From IMG/VR virus record IMGVR_UViG_3300028837_001424, positions 1 through 64,000 of that record: a stretch of 64,000 bases of DNA; one strand, given 5' to 3'. The stretch is from a virus. The translations under genes were made by a program, and so were the position numbers. Positions 10,419 to 18,124 of this stretch are shown piece after piece (position 1 is the stretch's first letter; the number at the start of each line of letters is the position of its first letter). The notes under the pieces are model-generated. The model saw only the letters and a list, made by a program, of their open reading frames with translations, searched no databases and was not told the DNA's origin.

Positions 10419-10611
10419 AATGAAAAACTGCCTACTGTTTCACGACTGGGGCAAGTGGGAAAAGTATATGGACGAAAGCACTCACACTTATATTAACCCA
10501 TTTATACCTGAAGATGTTAGAGGCAAGCCGTTTGTATCGAGAGAAGAGCGACAGAGGCGAGTATGTCAAAGGTGTGGCTGGACTCAAGATAGATTAGTAG
10601 GTGAAACATGA
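10408..10611 (+). CDS. Small Zn-ribbon protein (DUF1660-like)
   Basis: CLLFHDW...RVCQRCG. Confidence 0.55.
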   Translation: MEAKMKNCLLFHDWGKWEKYMDESTHTYINPFIPEDVRGKPFVSREERQRRVCQRCGWTQDRLVGET

Positions 10612-10940
10612 AAGTCTACGTAGCAGGTCCATATAGCAACGACGACACTGTACTTCATGTGCGTAATGCGCTAGACGTGGCAGATAAATTATTGAAGGCT
10701 GGCCATGCTCCATTTGTGCCACACCTTACTATGTTCTGGCACTTGATTCATCCTCACGGTTATGAAGAGTGGCTTGCCTATGATAGAATCTGGTTGCTTG
10801 AATGTGAAGCACTCCTAAGATTGCCAGGAGAATCGGACGGTTCAGATCGGGAAGTGATGGATGCCATAGGGGCAGGTATACCAGTTTATTATGGCAATAA
10901 GGGGCTTGATGAATTGATTTATTTAGGGGGCGATCAATGA
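10608..10940 (+). CDS. DUF4406 / nucleoside 2-deoxyribosyltransferase-fold protein
   Basis: KVYVAGPYS...PFVPH...LPGESDGSDRE. Confidence 0.75.
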   Translation: MKVYVAGPYSNDDTVLHVRNALDVADKLLKAGHAPFVPHLTMFWHLIHPHGYEEWLAYDRIWLLECEALLRLPGESDGSDREVMDAIGAGIPVYYGNKGLDELIYLGGDQ

Positions 10941-11446
10941 GTGATAAGGAGGATTTGATTGAAGCTGGCTTACGAGCAATCGCTGTTGCAGCATCAGAAG
11001 ATAGCAAAGATGAATGGGCAGAGAAGTATGGCACCAATTTTGAGAACGAAGCATTTGCAATGCACAGATATTGCTGGTGCGAAAAGGATGATTGCCCTTG
11101 GTGTTCGGGCGAAGCACCCAATTTCTTATACAAGCCGACCGGATTCAGACTTGATTGGTATAAATACATAGGTCGTGGAATGGAGCCGAGCGAATCGGTC
11201 TCGGCATTCGATGTTGTTGTCATGATATTTCGTTGCCTAGTGAGCATATACTACATGGAAAACGAAAACGTTGAAAGGGTTTGGAGATGCAAGAAGTGCG
11301 GGTATACGCACAGACTGGTCGAAGTTCCCATGAACAAGCTTCTTGATACATTGTGGACACACACGGGCTGCGGTGGCCATTGGGAGATCGTGGAAGAAGC
11401 CAAAGATGTTATGGAGCAAGGGACATTAAACGTAAACAAAGAATAG
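10937..11446 (+). CDS. Hypothetical protein
   Basis: PNFLYKPTGFRLDWYKYIGRGM plus a C-terminal Zn ribbon. Confidence 0.6.
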   Translation: MSDKEDLIEAGLRAIAVAASEDSKDEWAEKYGTNFENEAFAMHRYCWCEKDDCPWCSGEAPNFLYKPTGFRLDWYKYIGRGMEPSESVSAFDVVVMIFRCLVSIYYMENENVERVWRCKKCGYTHRLVEVPMNKLLDTLWTHTGCGGHWEIVEEAKDVMEQGTLNVNKE

Positions 11447-11527
11447 AATTTATTGTAGAGCTATTGTTTGCCAGCGCAGCACTTTTGATTCTTGGTTGTA
11501 TGATTTATACGACAGTGAGGTAATAAA

Positions 11528-12103
11528 ATGCAGTTCATTCCCGACGAAGAAGATGGCCCCTCGCTTGATGTACCTTATTTTGGCGAGGCAAGAGCAGAGG
11601 ATGGTTGGCAAGGCCAGAGCACAAAGAGATCTTATAACACATTGAAATCAGATGTGACCAAGGCACTGGCCAGGATCGGCGGTATTGTACATGCCATTAA
11701 GCGGGGAACTTATGAAATAGGTGGTGTTGAGCGGGCCGGAGCGCAGATCCATTACAGTATTGAAGGCATAGGCTCTCAAGTGCACTATGGAAGGATTGAT
11801 GTCGCCGCGTTGCCAGTTCATAAATCAAACAGAGGCGATTGGCGGAAAATATTAAGAAAGCGCCAAGAGCGATCGCTTTGTATGGCTCTTTATAATGTTA
11901 TCCAGGCACTAAAAGCTCAATGGGTATTGAAACAATTGAATCCAGCTTATGTGCCATTGATGCCTTGGCTACTGGCAGACGATGAACGCACCATAAGCCA
12001 AGCCTATCTTGAAGCCGGCATAGGAAAAGCTCTTGCATTACCGGCACCGAGCGAGGCTGGCGAGACGGTGATCGGCGAATTCACGGAGGTCGAAGATGAC
12101 TGA
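11528..12103 (+). CDS. Hypothetical protein
   Basis: GAGGT RBS, 191 aa. Confidence 0.65.
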   Translation: MQFIPDEEDGPSLDVPYFGEARAEDGWQGQSTKRSYNTLKSDVTKALARIGGIVHAIKRGTYEIGGVERAGAQIHYSIEGIGSQVHYGRIDVAALPVHKSNRGDWRKILRKRQERSLCMALYNVIQALKAQWVLKQLNPAYVPLMPWLLADDERTISQAYLEAGIGKALALPAPSEAGETVIGEFTEVEDD

Positions 12104-12386
12104 GATGAATGAAGGAGCGCGGCGCGTCAATGAACAACTTAGGCACCATGGCGAAAGACTGGATCGAGAGACTACTATCGAATTGTTGCGGGATATCCGA
12201 GACAGCTTGGAGCGTATAGAAGAAAATGGTGTTCGACTATATTATTTAAACGAAGCTGATCATGATTTAATTCGAGGGCTTCCGCCCTCAGATGAAGGCG
12301 AATTACTAGAGATGTACGATTCTCTTGAGCAAGAACCACTTCCAGATCCGCCTGATCCATCTCAAGCTATCAAGGGCGAATCTTAG
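12096..12386 (+). CDS. Hypothetical protein
   Basis: GGAGG RBS, overlap with the upstream ORF. Confidence 0.55.
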   Translation: MTEMNEGARRVNEQLRHHGERLDRETTIELLRDIRDSLERIEENGVRLYYLNEADHDLIRGLPPSDEGELLEMYDSLEQEPLPDPPDPSQAIKGES

Positions 12387-12426
12387 CCAAACCACTATGA
12401 CTTGCCAACTGTGATATAATTAGCAC

Positions 12427-12837
12427 ATGGAACCAAAAAATATTTCAAACCCACGAATACCTATGGCCAACGAGGAAGAGACGAAGGCATTTATTGCGCG
12501 CTTTTATCCTCACTTAGTCGAAGCTCCTCAAGTCAGAGCCTTGACAGTAAAGGATGCCCTAAAGGAACAGGCCAAAATCGCAAGTGGTGAACTCAAAGCC
12601 GAAGAGATGATGGCGAATGACATTATTGGTATCATGATTCAAGGTGGATTAACACCTGAAATTATGAGACTTCAATCTGGCGCGACGCCATGGCCCGGAA
12701 CAACGGCTGAGGCTCAAGAGCAAGAACGGGCGCAAGTTACGCAAAAGTTAAGAGAAACTCAGGAAATCAACAAGAATCCAACCCCTAGCCTTCGCAATAT
12801 GGTTAGGCGTCAGTTTGGATTACCCCCGAAGGAATAA
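12427..12837 (+). CDS. Hypothetical protein
   Basis: Follows an extended -10 (TGATATAAT, 12412-12420); leaderless-like start. Confidence 0.6.
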   Translation: MEPKNISNPRIPMANEEETKAFIARFYPHLVEAPQVRALTVKDALKEQAKIASGELKAEEMMANDIIGIMIQGGLTPEIMRLQSGATPWPGTTAEAQEQERAQVTQKLRETQEINKNPTPSLRNMVRRQFGLPPKE

Positions 12838-12847
12838 ACGATTACAA

Positions 12848-12923
12848 TGCGGGGTCGACTGGAGTCTGGTTCCAGCTTAGCCTCATAAGCTAAATAACGC
12901 GGGTTCAAATCCCGCCCCCGCCA
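12848..12923 (+). tRNA. tRNA with CAT anticodon (Met/fMet/Ile2 not resolved)
   Basis: Acceptor (T)GCGGGG/CCCCGC(C); anticodon arm TTAGC-CTCATAA-GCTAA; T arm GCGGG-TTCAAAT-CCCGC. Confidence 0.8.
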
Positions 12924-13052
12924 CTATGCCAACTCTGCCACAAGCCCAGCCCCAGTCGCGATGAACCCCGTTGATTCTTACTGGGAAAAGGGCGTAGCGA
13001 ACATGGGGCCAAGCTACGCAACTAAAAAAGGTACGAACTGACTTATAATAAA

Positions 13053-13571
13053 ATGCCCAAATACATCATCGACGAAAAGGGTAGAGAGTGCAGTAGTTGT
13101 GGCGTTTATAAGCCATGGGTAGATGAAGACGGAGAGACAAATTTCCCTCGTCATCGCCATAGACCAACTGGCTACGATAGCCGATGTAAGGTATGCAAAA
13201 ACGCAGAGATAAAAAAGCTCCGAAGCAGGGAGGGTTATTCTGGAAATCAAGCCGAGAATAGATGTTTGGACTGTGGAGCACCGGTTGATTTGCAAGGTGG
13301 CAGATATTGCAACTACTGTAGAACGAAGAAGCGGAGATTGTCGCAGGGAAATTGGTACTTGGTGATAAAAGATCCGTCAGAGTGCAACCCGTTCTTAGGT
13401 AGAATGATTGACGCACTTAGTTTGAGATATGGATTAAGAGACGGGCATTTTCCAGAGGGAATGCAGTTGAGACATATAGCATGGGGCAAACCGCTAGGGA
13501 TGCATGTTATAAGAGGCAAAGAGCTAGGCAAGCAATCGTTGGAAACCGTGCTTCAATATGTAACTGAGTGA
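13053..13571 (+). CDS. Cys-rich Zn-finger protein
   Basis: CSSC, CKVC, CLDC, CNYC. Confidence 0.65.
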   Translation: MPKYIIDEKGRECSSCGVYKPWVDEDGETNFPRHRHRPTGYDSRCKVCKNAEIKKLRSREGYSGNQAENRCLDCGAPVDLQGGRYCNYCRTKKRRLSQGNWYLVIKDPSECNPFLGRMIDALSLRYGLRDGHFPEGMQLRHIAWGKPLGMHVIRGKELGKQSLETVLQYVTE

Positions 13572-13678
13572 TAAAGGCTGATCCGCCCATTACCGATTCG
13601 CGGGGAATTGGCTCAAAAATGGCTCAAATGGCTCAACCACAGCTAAAGCCTAAATGGAAGATTTAGAAAGGCAGGTGA

Positions 13679-13939
13679 ATGATGATAATCAATATTGATC
13701 CAGATGACTATGTGACTGAAATTAGTCACAGTACATGTCCATTTCACAAGAAACATCCTGGGGAACCCTATGCTGGATGTAGCTGTTCTAGTAGTTATAT
13801 TCGACGACGGGCAACACCAGAAGAGCGTCGGACAAATAAGATTCAACGATTGACGAAAGAACTTCCATCTTTACGGTCAACGCTAAAAGCTAAAGAACGG
13901 GAACTGGAAACCGCACAAAGAAAGGCAGGTGATGTGTAG
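13679..13939 (+). CDS. Hypothetical protein flanked by 14-bp direct repeats
   Basis: AGAAAGGCAGGTGA at 13665-13678 and 13919-13932. Confidence 0.55.
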   Translation: MMIINIDPDDYVTEISHSTCPFHKKHPGEPYAGCSCSSSYIRRRATPEERRTNKIQRLTKELPSLRSTLKAKERELETAQRKAGDV

Positions 13940-14016
13940 TGTACCCGAAATATTATCCGGGATCAGTGCAAAAGCCGGGGGATGCGCATCCGGCATAAAA
14001 CACGCAACGCAATTTT

Positions 14017-14092
14017 AGCGGGTTAGCCTAGTCTGGCTCAAGGCGCTTGCTTTGGAAGTAAGAGATCGCTGGTTCAAATCCAGCACCCGCTA
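14017..14092 (+). tRNA. tRNA-Pro(TGG)
   Basis: Acceptor AGCGGGT/ACCCGCT; anticodon arm CTTGC-TTTGGAA-GTAAG; T arm GCTGG-TTCAAAT-CCAGC. Confidence 0.9.
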
Positions 14093-14094
14093 TT

Positions 14095-14200
14095 GGGCCT
14101 GATGGTTCGATTGGCGAGGAAAATGTAGCGGCTCCATGGAGCTACAGCGAATCGGTGTTTGTGCATACGCCATTCGCGGGTTCAATTCCCGCCAGGTCCA
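14095..14200 (+). ncRNA. Minimal tmRNA-like RNA (tRNA-like domain only, no mRNA-like domain)
   Basis: Acceptor GGGCCTG/CAGGTCC-A with G3:U70; unpaired D-loop ATGGTTCGA; helix-2-like TGGCG/CGCCA; T arm GCGGG-TTCAATT-CCCGC. Confidence 0.7.
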
Positions 14201-14201
14201 C

Positions 14202-14279
14202 TTGCCAGGCGGACAAAATTCGGCTTTATGCCGTGTGATTGTAGGACTACGGTCCGCACAATCCTATATCCTCTGGCAA
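14202..14279 (+). ncRNA. Structured element A (three-way junction)
   Basis: TTGCCAG/CTGGCAA closing stem; internal CGGC/GCCG and GATTGT-GGAC/GTCC-ACAATC hairpins. Confidence 0.4.
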
Positions 14280-14437
14280 ACTAGCGGCATACCCAACAGG
14301 GTTGAGTATAGGAAGAGGGTAGCCTCCAAGCATGTTAAGGACATACGGCTCTGCCCTGCGGGGCAGCAAACGGTGAGGACTATACCCAAGTCCGTTTCGA
14401 CCTTTATCGGCCAGCATGCACCCGAAGTGCCGCTAGT
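14280..14437 (+). ncRNA. Structured element B (multibranch, probable pseudoknot)
   Basis: ACTAGCGGCAT/GTGCCGCTAGT closing stem; several hairpins; 14302-14311 complementary (9/10) to hairpin-loop region 14380-14389. Confidence 0.55.
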
Positions 14438-14480
14438 GATTTACTGCCCATCTGACGCTTCGGCCTCGGATGGATTATGA

Positions 14481-14604
14481 GAAGCCCCTGCATCGAGGGA
14501 ACACAAACAACATAGGGCGCACTATGGCCTGCCTGAGAATAATTGCGTCGCTTAGGAACTGACTAAAAGAAGATTGTGTTGAACGACCTAGACAAGGGCT
14601 TCTC
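14481..14604 (+). ncRNA. Paralogous ncRNA, copy 1
   Basis: 5' GAAGCCCCTGCATCGAGGG ... 3' GAACGACCTAGACAAGGGCTTCTC; the ends base-pair. Confidence 0.55.
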
Positions 14605-14625
14605 TCTCATAAGAAAGGAGATCGA

Positions 14626-14847
14626 ATGAACGGCTGTATTAATGCTTCGGCGGATCAAGTGGTCAGGGTAAATAAAACATGGTCAGACACCAATCTTACT
14701 AGGAATTTTGGTGGGGACGCGTCGTTTGGCCGGTTGAAATGTCGCAATTGTGGCAATCTTACCTTTGAGGTGCTAGATACTGGTAGTTATGAGACATCAG
14801 CTAGGTGCGTTATTTGTGGGTATTATTACAAAGTACATTGTGGATGA
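14626..14847 (+). CDS. Small Zn-ribbon protein
   Basis: AAGGAG RBS; CRNC, CVIC. Confidence 0.6.
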   Translation: MNGCINASADQVVRVNKTWSDTNLTRNFGGDASFGRLKCRNCGNLTFEVLDTGSYETSARCVICGYYYKVHCG

Positions 14848-14861
14848 ACGAAGACATATCA

Positions 14862-14870
14862 TGCTATAAT
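14862..14870 (+). promoter_or_regulatory. Extended -10 promoter for ncRNA copy 2
   Basis: TGCTATAAT, 7 nt before the conserved 5' end. Confidence 0.55.
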
Positions 14871-14877
14871 GCTACAA

Positions 14878-15000
14878 GAAGCCCCTGGATCGAGGGTAGG
14901 CCGCGGAGGCGGTGGAGGAAGTCGGCGTATACCCGTTACTGTCCTTAGCTGAAAAACTGCCCACCGGCAAAGTGGTCGAGCGACCTCACAGGGGCCTCTC
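14878..15000 (+). ncRNA. Paralogous ncRNA, copy 2
   Basis: 5' GAAGCCCCTGGATCGAGGG ... 3' GAGCGACCTCACAGGGGCCTCTC; the ends base-pair. Confidence 0.55.
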
Positions 15001-15052
15001 AACCAAATAAATTGGCGATAAAACCAATTCCTTTGGTGACCAGGAGGATAAT

Positions 15053-15301
15053 ATGAGTTGGCAAACATGTCCGGTTTGTAACGGAACAGGCAAAGTTCCA
15101 AGAAGTTTCTATCCCGACTTGGGACCGCCAGGTTCATCTACTGCCGATAACTATGTGGAGTGTCGGTCGTGCTATGGGCGAGGTGTTTTGCAGAGTACTG
15201 TATATCCGCCATACACTCCTAAACCACCTTACGAGCCTCATCCAGTGTGGCCTTATGGTCCTTGGACGACATGGACATTTGGTAACACTTATATTGCGTG
15301 A
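15053..15301 (+). CDS. Small DnaJ-type Zn-finger protein
   Basis: CPVCNGTG, CRSCYGRG; AGGAGG RBS. Confidence 0.65.
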   Translation: MSWQTCPVCNGTGKVPRSFYPDLGPPGSSTADNYVECRSCYGRGVLQSTVYPPYTPKPPYEPHPVWPYGPWTTWTFGNTYIA

Positions 15302-15390
15302 ATGTAGAAAATAAGCAAAGTTCTACAAAGAAGCAAGAAAGTTTTCACTGGCACTGAAAACTTTTACCTAAAACACCATCACTATATTGC

Positions 15391-15419
15391 TTGACCCGAT
15401 GTTCCCTATACGGTATAAT
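15391..15419 (+). promoter_or_regulatory. Strong sigma70 promoter (TGTTCC spacer family)
   Basis: TTGACC-17nt-TATAAT. Confidence 0.7.
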
Positions 15420-15545
15420 ACAATCTAATTTGGAGGTTTATCATGATGCGAAAAGTGAAATACGCGTTGGCGTTTTTGGCGGGCTGTTGTTTTATATCTC
15501 TTGGGCCGAAGACAAGTAATAAGATCAAGTACGAAGGAGATTGAT

Positions 15546-15845
15546 ATGGCTACAGAAATCTATGGTGCATCCGACGATCTGATAGAAATTCGGGGCAACG
15601 TAAACGGTGAACATTGTCATGATGATGGTTTCTTGATCGTCTCTGACGGCACTGTATTAAAGATCAAATACGGCAAGGATGCGATGGCCATTTGGGAGAT
15701 ACGATTGATTGAGAAAGGCAATCTTTTCGCAACGATTGATCCCTGCTTTGACGAAAATGAGGCTCGCTATTCGGATACCGCCATGTTCGACGAAGGAGTC
15801 AAGTGGGTTTATTTTGCTAAAGAATTAAGTGGCCGAATCAAATAA
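15546..15845 (+). CDS. Phage hypothetical protein
   Basis: AAGGAG RBS; IYGASDDLIEI motif. Confidence 0.65.
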   Translation: MATEIYGASDDLIEIRGNVNGEHCHDDGFLIVSDGTVLKIKYGKDAMAIWEIRLIEKGNLFATIDPCFDENEARYSDTAMFDEGVKWVYFAKELSGRIK

Positions 15846-16359
15846 AAAGGAGATTGAGATGAAACTAGTAAAGCCATTCAGTTCATTCGGAATGAGCTAT
15901 AATTCGGTTTTTCAGTTCCTTCTCGAATCTAATAAGATTGAGAGAATAAACAAAGTCTCAGAACAAGAGATAACTGCGGCTCTACACTTTCTCAACCTGG
16001 AAGAACTGTCCATTGAGGACGTAGAAAAATTTGTGTCGATCACCGCACCCACTGCAGTCTTGCGAGACAAACTAGGTTCTGATGTGATGGTTGGCGATTA
16101 CCTACCGCCTCGTGGTAACCCACGCATTCGACTTCTGCTTTCTACGCTGTTGGAGCAGATAAACACTGGAGAGCTAGATGCTTTTCACGCCCATATTCAC
16201 TACGAGTACCTGCATCCTTTCACTGATGGCAATGGGCGATCGGGTAGACTGATTTGGTTGTGGCAGATGAAGGATGCTCCATTGGGTTTCCTGCATACAT
16301 TCTATTATCAGACATTGCGTGAGAGAAGGTGGTCTACCTTATCTAGCCCTCGGAGGTGA
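15829..16359 (+). CDS. Fic domain protein
   Basis: Canonical HPFTDGNGRSGR motif. Confidence 0.88.
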   Translation: MAESNKKEIEMKLVKPFSSFGMSYNSVFQFLLESNKIERINKVSEQEITAALHFLNLEELSIEDVEKFVSITAPTAVLRDKLGSDVMVGDYLPPRGNPRIRLLLSTLLEQINTGELDAFHAHIHYEYLHPFTDGNGRSGRLIWLWQMKDAPLGFLHTFYYQTLRERRWSTLSSPRR

Positions 16360-16362
16360 GCG

Positions 16363-16551
16363 ATGAAAGCAGTTGGTGATGCAGCATGGGGCATTCTGGT
16401 CGGAGCCTATCTTGGAGCGAGATGGATGTACTTAGAGAAATATGAGAATGTTTTATTTCTGTTGGGCGGCTCATTGGTAATCGTACTTATTGTTATTGGG
16501 TACAATTGGGGAAGATATTTCCATAAGAAAGCCCTCAGAGGTGATCGATGA
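16363..16551 (+). CDS. Small membrane protein
   Basis: Two hydrophobic helices; GGAGGTGA RBS. Confidence 0.55.
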   Translation: MKAVGDAAWGILVGAYLGARWMYLEKYENVLFLLGGSLVIVLIVIGYNWGRYFHKKALRGDR

Positions 16552-16745
16552 ATATGTTATTGTTCGGAGTGTTGATCGGTTATTTATGGGGCGGATTGAT
16601 GTGTAGTAAATTCGGTAGGGTAGCAAGATATGAAGAAGCCCTAAAGGAAATTGCTGACTGGGAAAATTATGACTTAGGTGGTGATGTGCAGTATGGTGGT
16701 ATACATCCTGCTAAAATTGCAGAAGACGCAATCATGGTTGGATAA
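16548..16745 (+). CDS. Hypothetical protein with N-terminal TM segment
   Basis: Coupled ORF. Confidence 0.5.
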   Translation: MNMLLFGVLIGYLWGGLMCSKFGRVARYEEALKEIADWENYDLGGDVQYGGIHPAKIAEDAIMVG

Positions 16746-16765
16746 TTAATTCAATTTGGAGGATA

Positions 16766-17023
16766 ATGATGGGTATGTTTGATAATTTCTATTTCCACTG
16801 CCAAAATTGCGGCGCTGTAATTGAAGAACAATCCAAGGCTGGGTCATGTAAAATGAATCACTATACCTTTCTTAATATGCATCCTGCCGTAGCCGGCGAT
16901 CTGCATGGCAGAAAAGGTAAATGCATTAAATGTGGCTGGCATTATTTGATAGCATCCCAAGTTGCTATATCGGTAGTGCCGTGGGATGACTCCCTCGATC
17001 CTGCTCCAGAAGACGATCGTTGA
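16766..17023 (+). CDS. Zn-ribbon phage protein
   Basis: MGMFD...CQNCG...QSK motif; GGAGG RBS. Confidence 0.6.
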   Translation: MMGMFDNFYFHCQNCGAVIEEQSKAGSCKMNHYTFLNMHPAVAGDLHGRKGKCIKCGWHYLIASQVAISVVPWDDSLDPAPEDDR

Positions 17024-17064
17024 TATATGTAAACGAGTTTATGTTTTTCTACACTCAGATACAT

Positions 17065-17137
17065 AAGGCGGTAGTCCAACTGGCTAGGACACTAGACTGT
17101 GGATCTGGGGATGCGGGTTCGAATCCCGTCCGCCTGA
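17065..17137 (+). tRNA. tRNA with GTG (His) anticodon and atypical acceptor end
   Basis: Anticodon arm CTAGA-CTGTGGA-TCTGG; T arm GCGGG-TTCGAAT-CCCGT; acceptor (A)AGGCGG/CCGCCT(G), A73. Confidence 0.85.
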
Positions 17138-17149
17138 CCTACGTACTAT

Positions 17150-17179
17150 TTGACAGTACTATACCGTATATGGTACACT
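17150..17179 (+). promoter_or_regulatory. Sigma70 promoter
   Basis: TTGACA-18nt-TACACT with TG extension. Confidence 0.5.
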
Positions 17180-17185
17180 CTTGAC

Positions 17186-17335
17186 ATGAAAGAAAATACG
17201 AAGGATGCACTGGGTTTTTATGCTTTAATGATGGCGGCGATATTTGGCTTGCTTGTCATGATAGCTGGAATTATTGTGGCAATACTAAACTTTCTGGCTG
17301 TAAGCGGCTACTTGATCGCTGATGTCATCGGATAA
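17186..17335 (+). CDS. Small membrane protein
   Basis: Hydrophobic 49-aa ORF starting near the predicted TSS. Confidence 0.45.
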   Translation: MKENTKDALGFYALMMAAIFGLLVMIAGIIVAILNFLAVSGYLIADVIG

Positions 17336-17458
17336 AGGGCCGAGTAAATCTTTTTTTGGAGGCTGGCCCGAAGCCCCTTGGAAACGCAAGCGAAGTCGGA
17401 GGTTGCGCGACATCGCCAAGCGTTTTATAATTAAGCTACTTTCAATTAGGTTATTCAA

Positions 17459-18124
17459 ATGACCTGGCATCCTGACATGCCCGAAGAATATAAGAATCAA
17501 ATCGTCACTGGCGATGCGCGTGAGTTGGCAAAGCGGATACCAGACGAGAGTGTTGATTTGATTTTTACTGATCCGGTTTATGACAGGATTGATGATTATG
17601 AGTGGTTGGCAGAAACGGCATATAGAATATTGAAATCAAATAGTGCTTGTCTAATTTGGCAAGGACAGCAATGGCTTGAGAAGACTTATTTGGCGTTGTC
17701 TAAATCCTCCCTAAAATATAGGTGGCAGTTAGGTTGGTATGCTTCCAACAATATGCAGATGGTGGGAAAGATAGGGCGCAAGATTGCGCCCTTGCTGTGG
17801 TACGAAAAAGGACATAGCAATCCTTGGCGATGCTGTCGCGAAATTGTTAATGCGCCAATAACTAGCGGTAAACGACCCCACAAATGTGCAAAGCGCCCAG
17901 ATGCAATTGCGCATTATTTAGAAAAATTCTTAATTGAAATCGGAGTGGTGTTCGACCCATTTTGCGGTGGCGGAACAATCCCCGCAGTATGCAAGCAACT
18001 ATCCCGCAACTACATCGCATTCGAGATTGACCCCGACACTGCCGAGTTAGCCAGAGAGCGAGTGCTAAATACTCAGCCGCCGTTGTTCGTTATGGAGCCT
18101 GAGCAGTTGGAGTTGTCCGAATGA
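17459..18124 (+). CDS. DNA amino-methyltransferase (beta class, DPVY variant)
   Basis: GDARE...VDLIFTDPVY; FDPFCGGGT; AFEIDP. Confidence 0.85.
   Translation: MTWHPDMPEEYKNQIVTGDARELAKRIPDESVDLIFTDPVYDRIDDYEWLAETAYRILKSNSACLIWQGQQWLEKTYLALSKSSLKYRWQLGWYASNNMQMVGKIGRKIAPLLWYEKGHSNPWRCCREIVNAPITSGKRPHKCAKRPDAIAHYLEKFLIEIGVVFDPFCGGGTIPAVCKQLSRNYIAFEIDPDTAELARERVLNTQPPLFVMEPEQLELSE

Noticed and set aside
13610-13636. GGCTCAA x3 short tandem repeat as origin iterons
   Set aside because: Too short and irregular, with no adjacent initiator gene or AT-rich unwinding region.
13935-14010. Twister or twister-sister ribozyme before tRNA-Pro
   Set aside because: Two hairpins are present, but the catalytic consensus and pseudoknots could not be matched.
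14280-14437. RNase P, SRP or raiA RNA identity
   Set aside because: The hallmark sequences (GAGGAAAGUCC, the SRP domain IV motif) are absent; left unassigned.
14136-14480. 114-aa ORF from the six-frame track
   Set aside because: It overlaps the tmRNA-like T arm and strongly paired elements, lacks a clear RBS and has no recognisable protein features.
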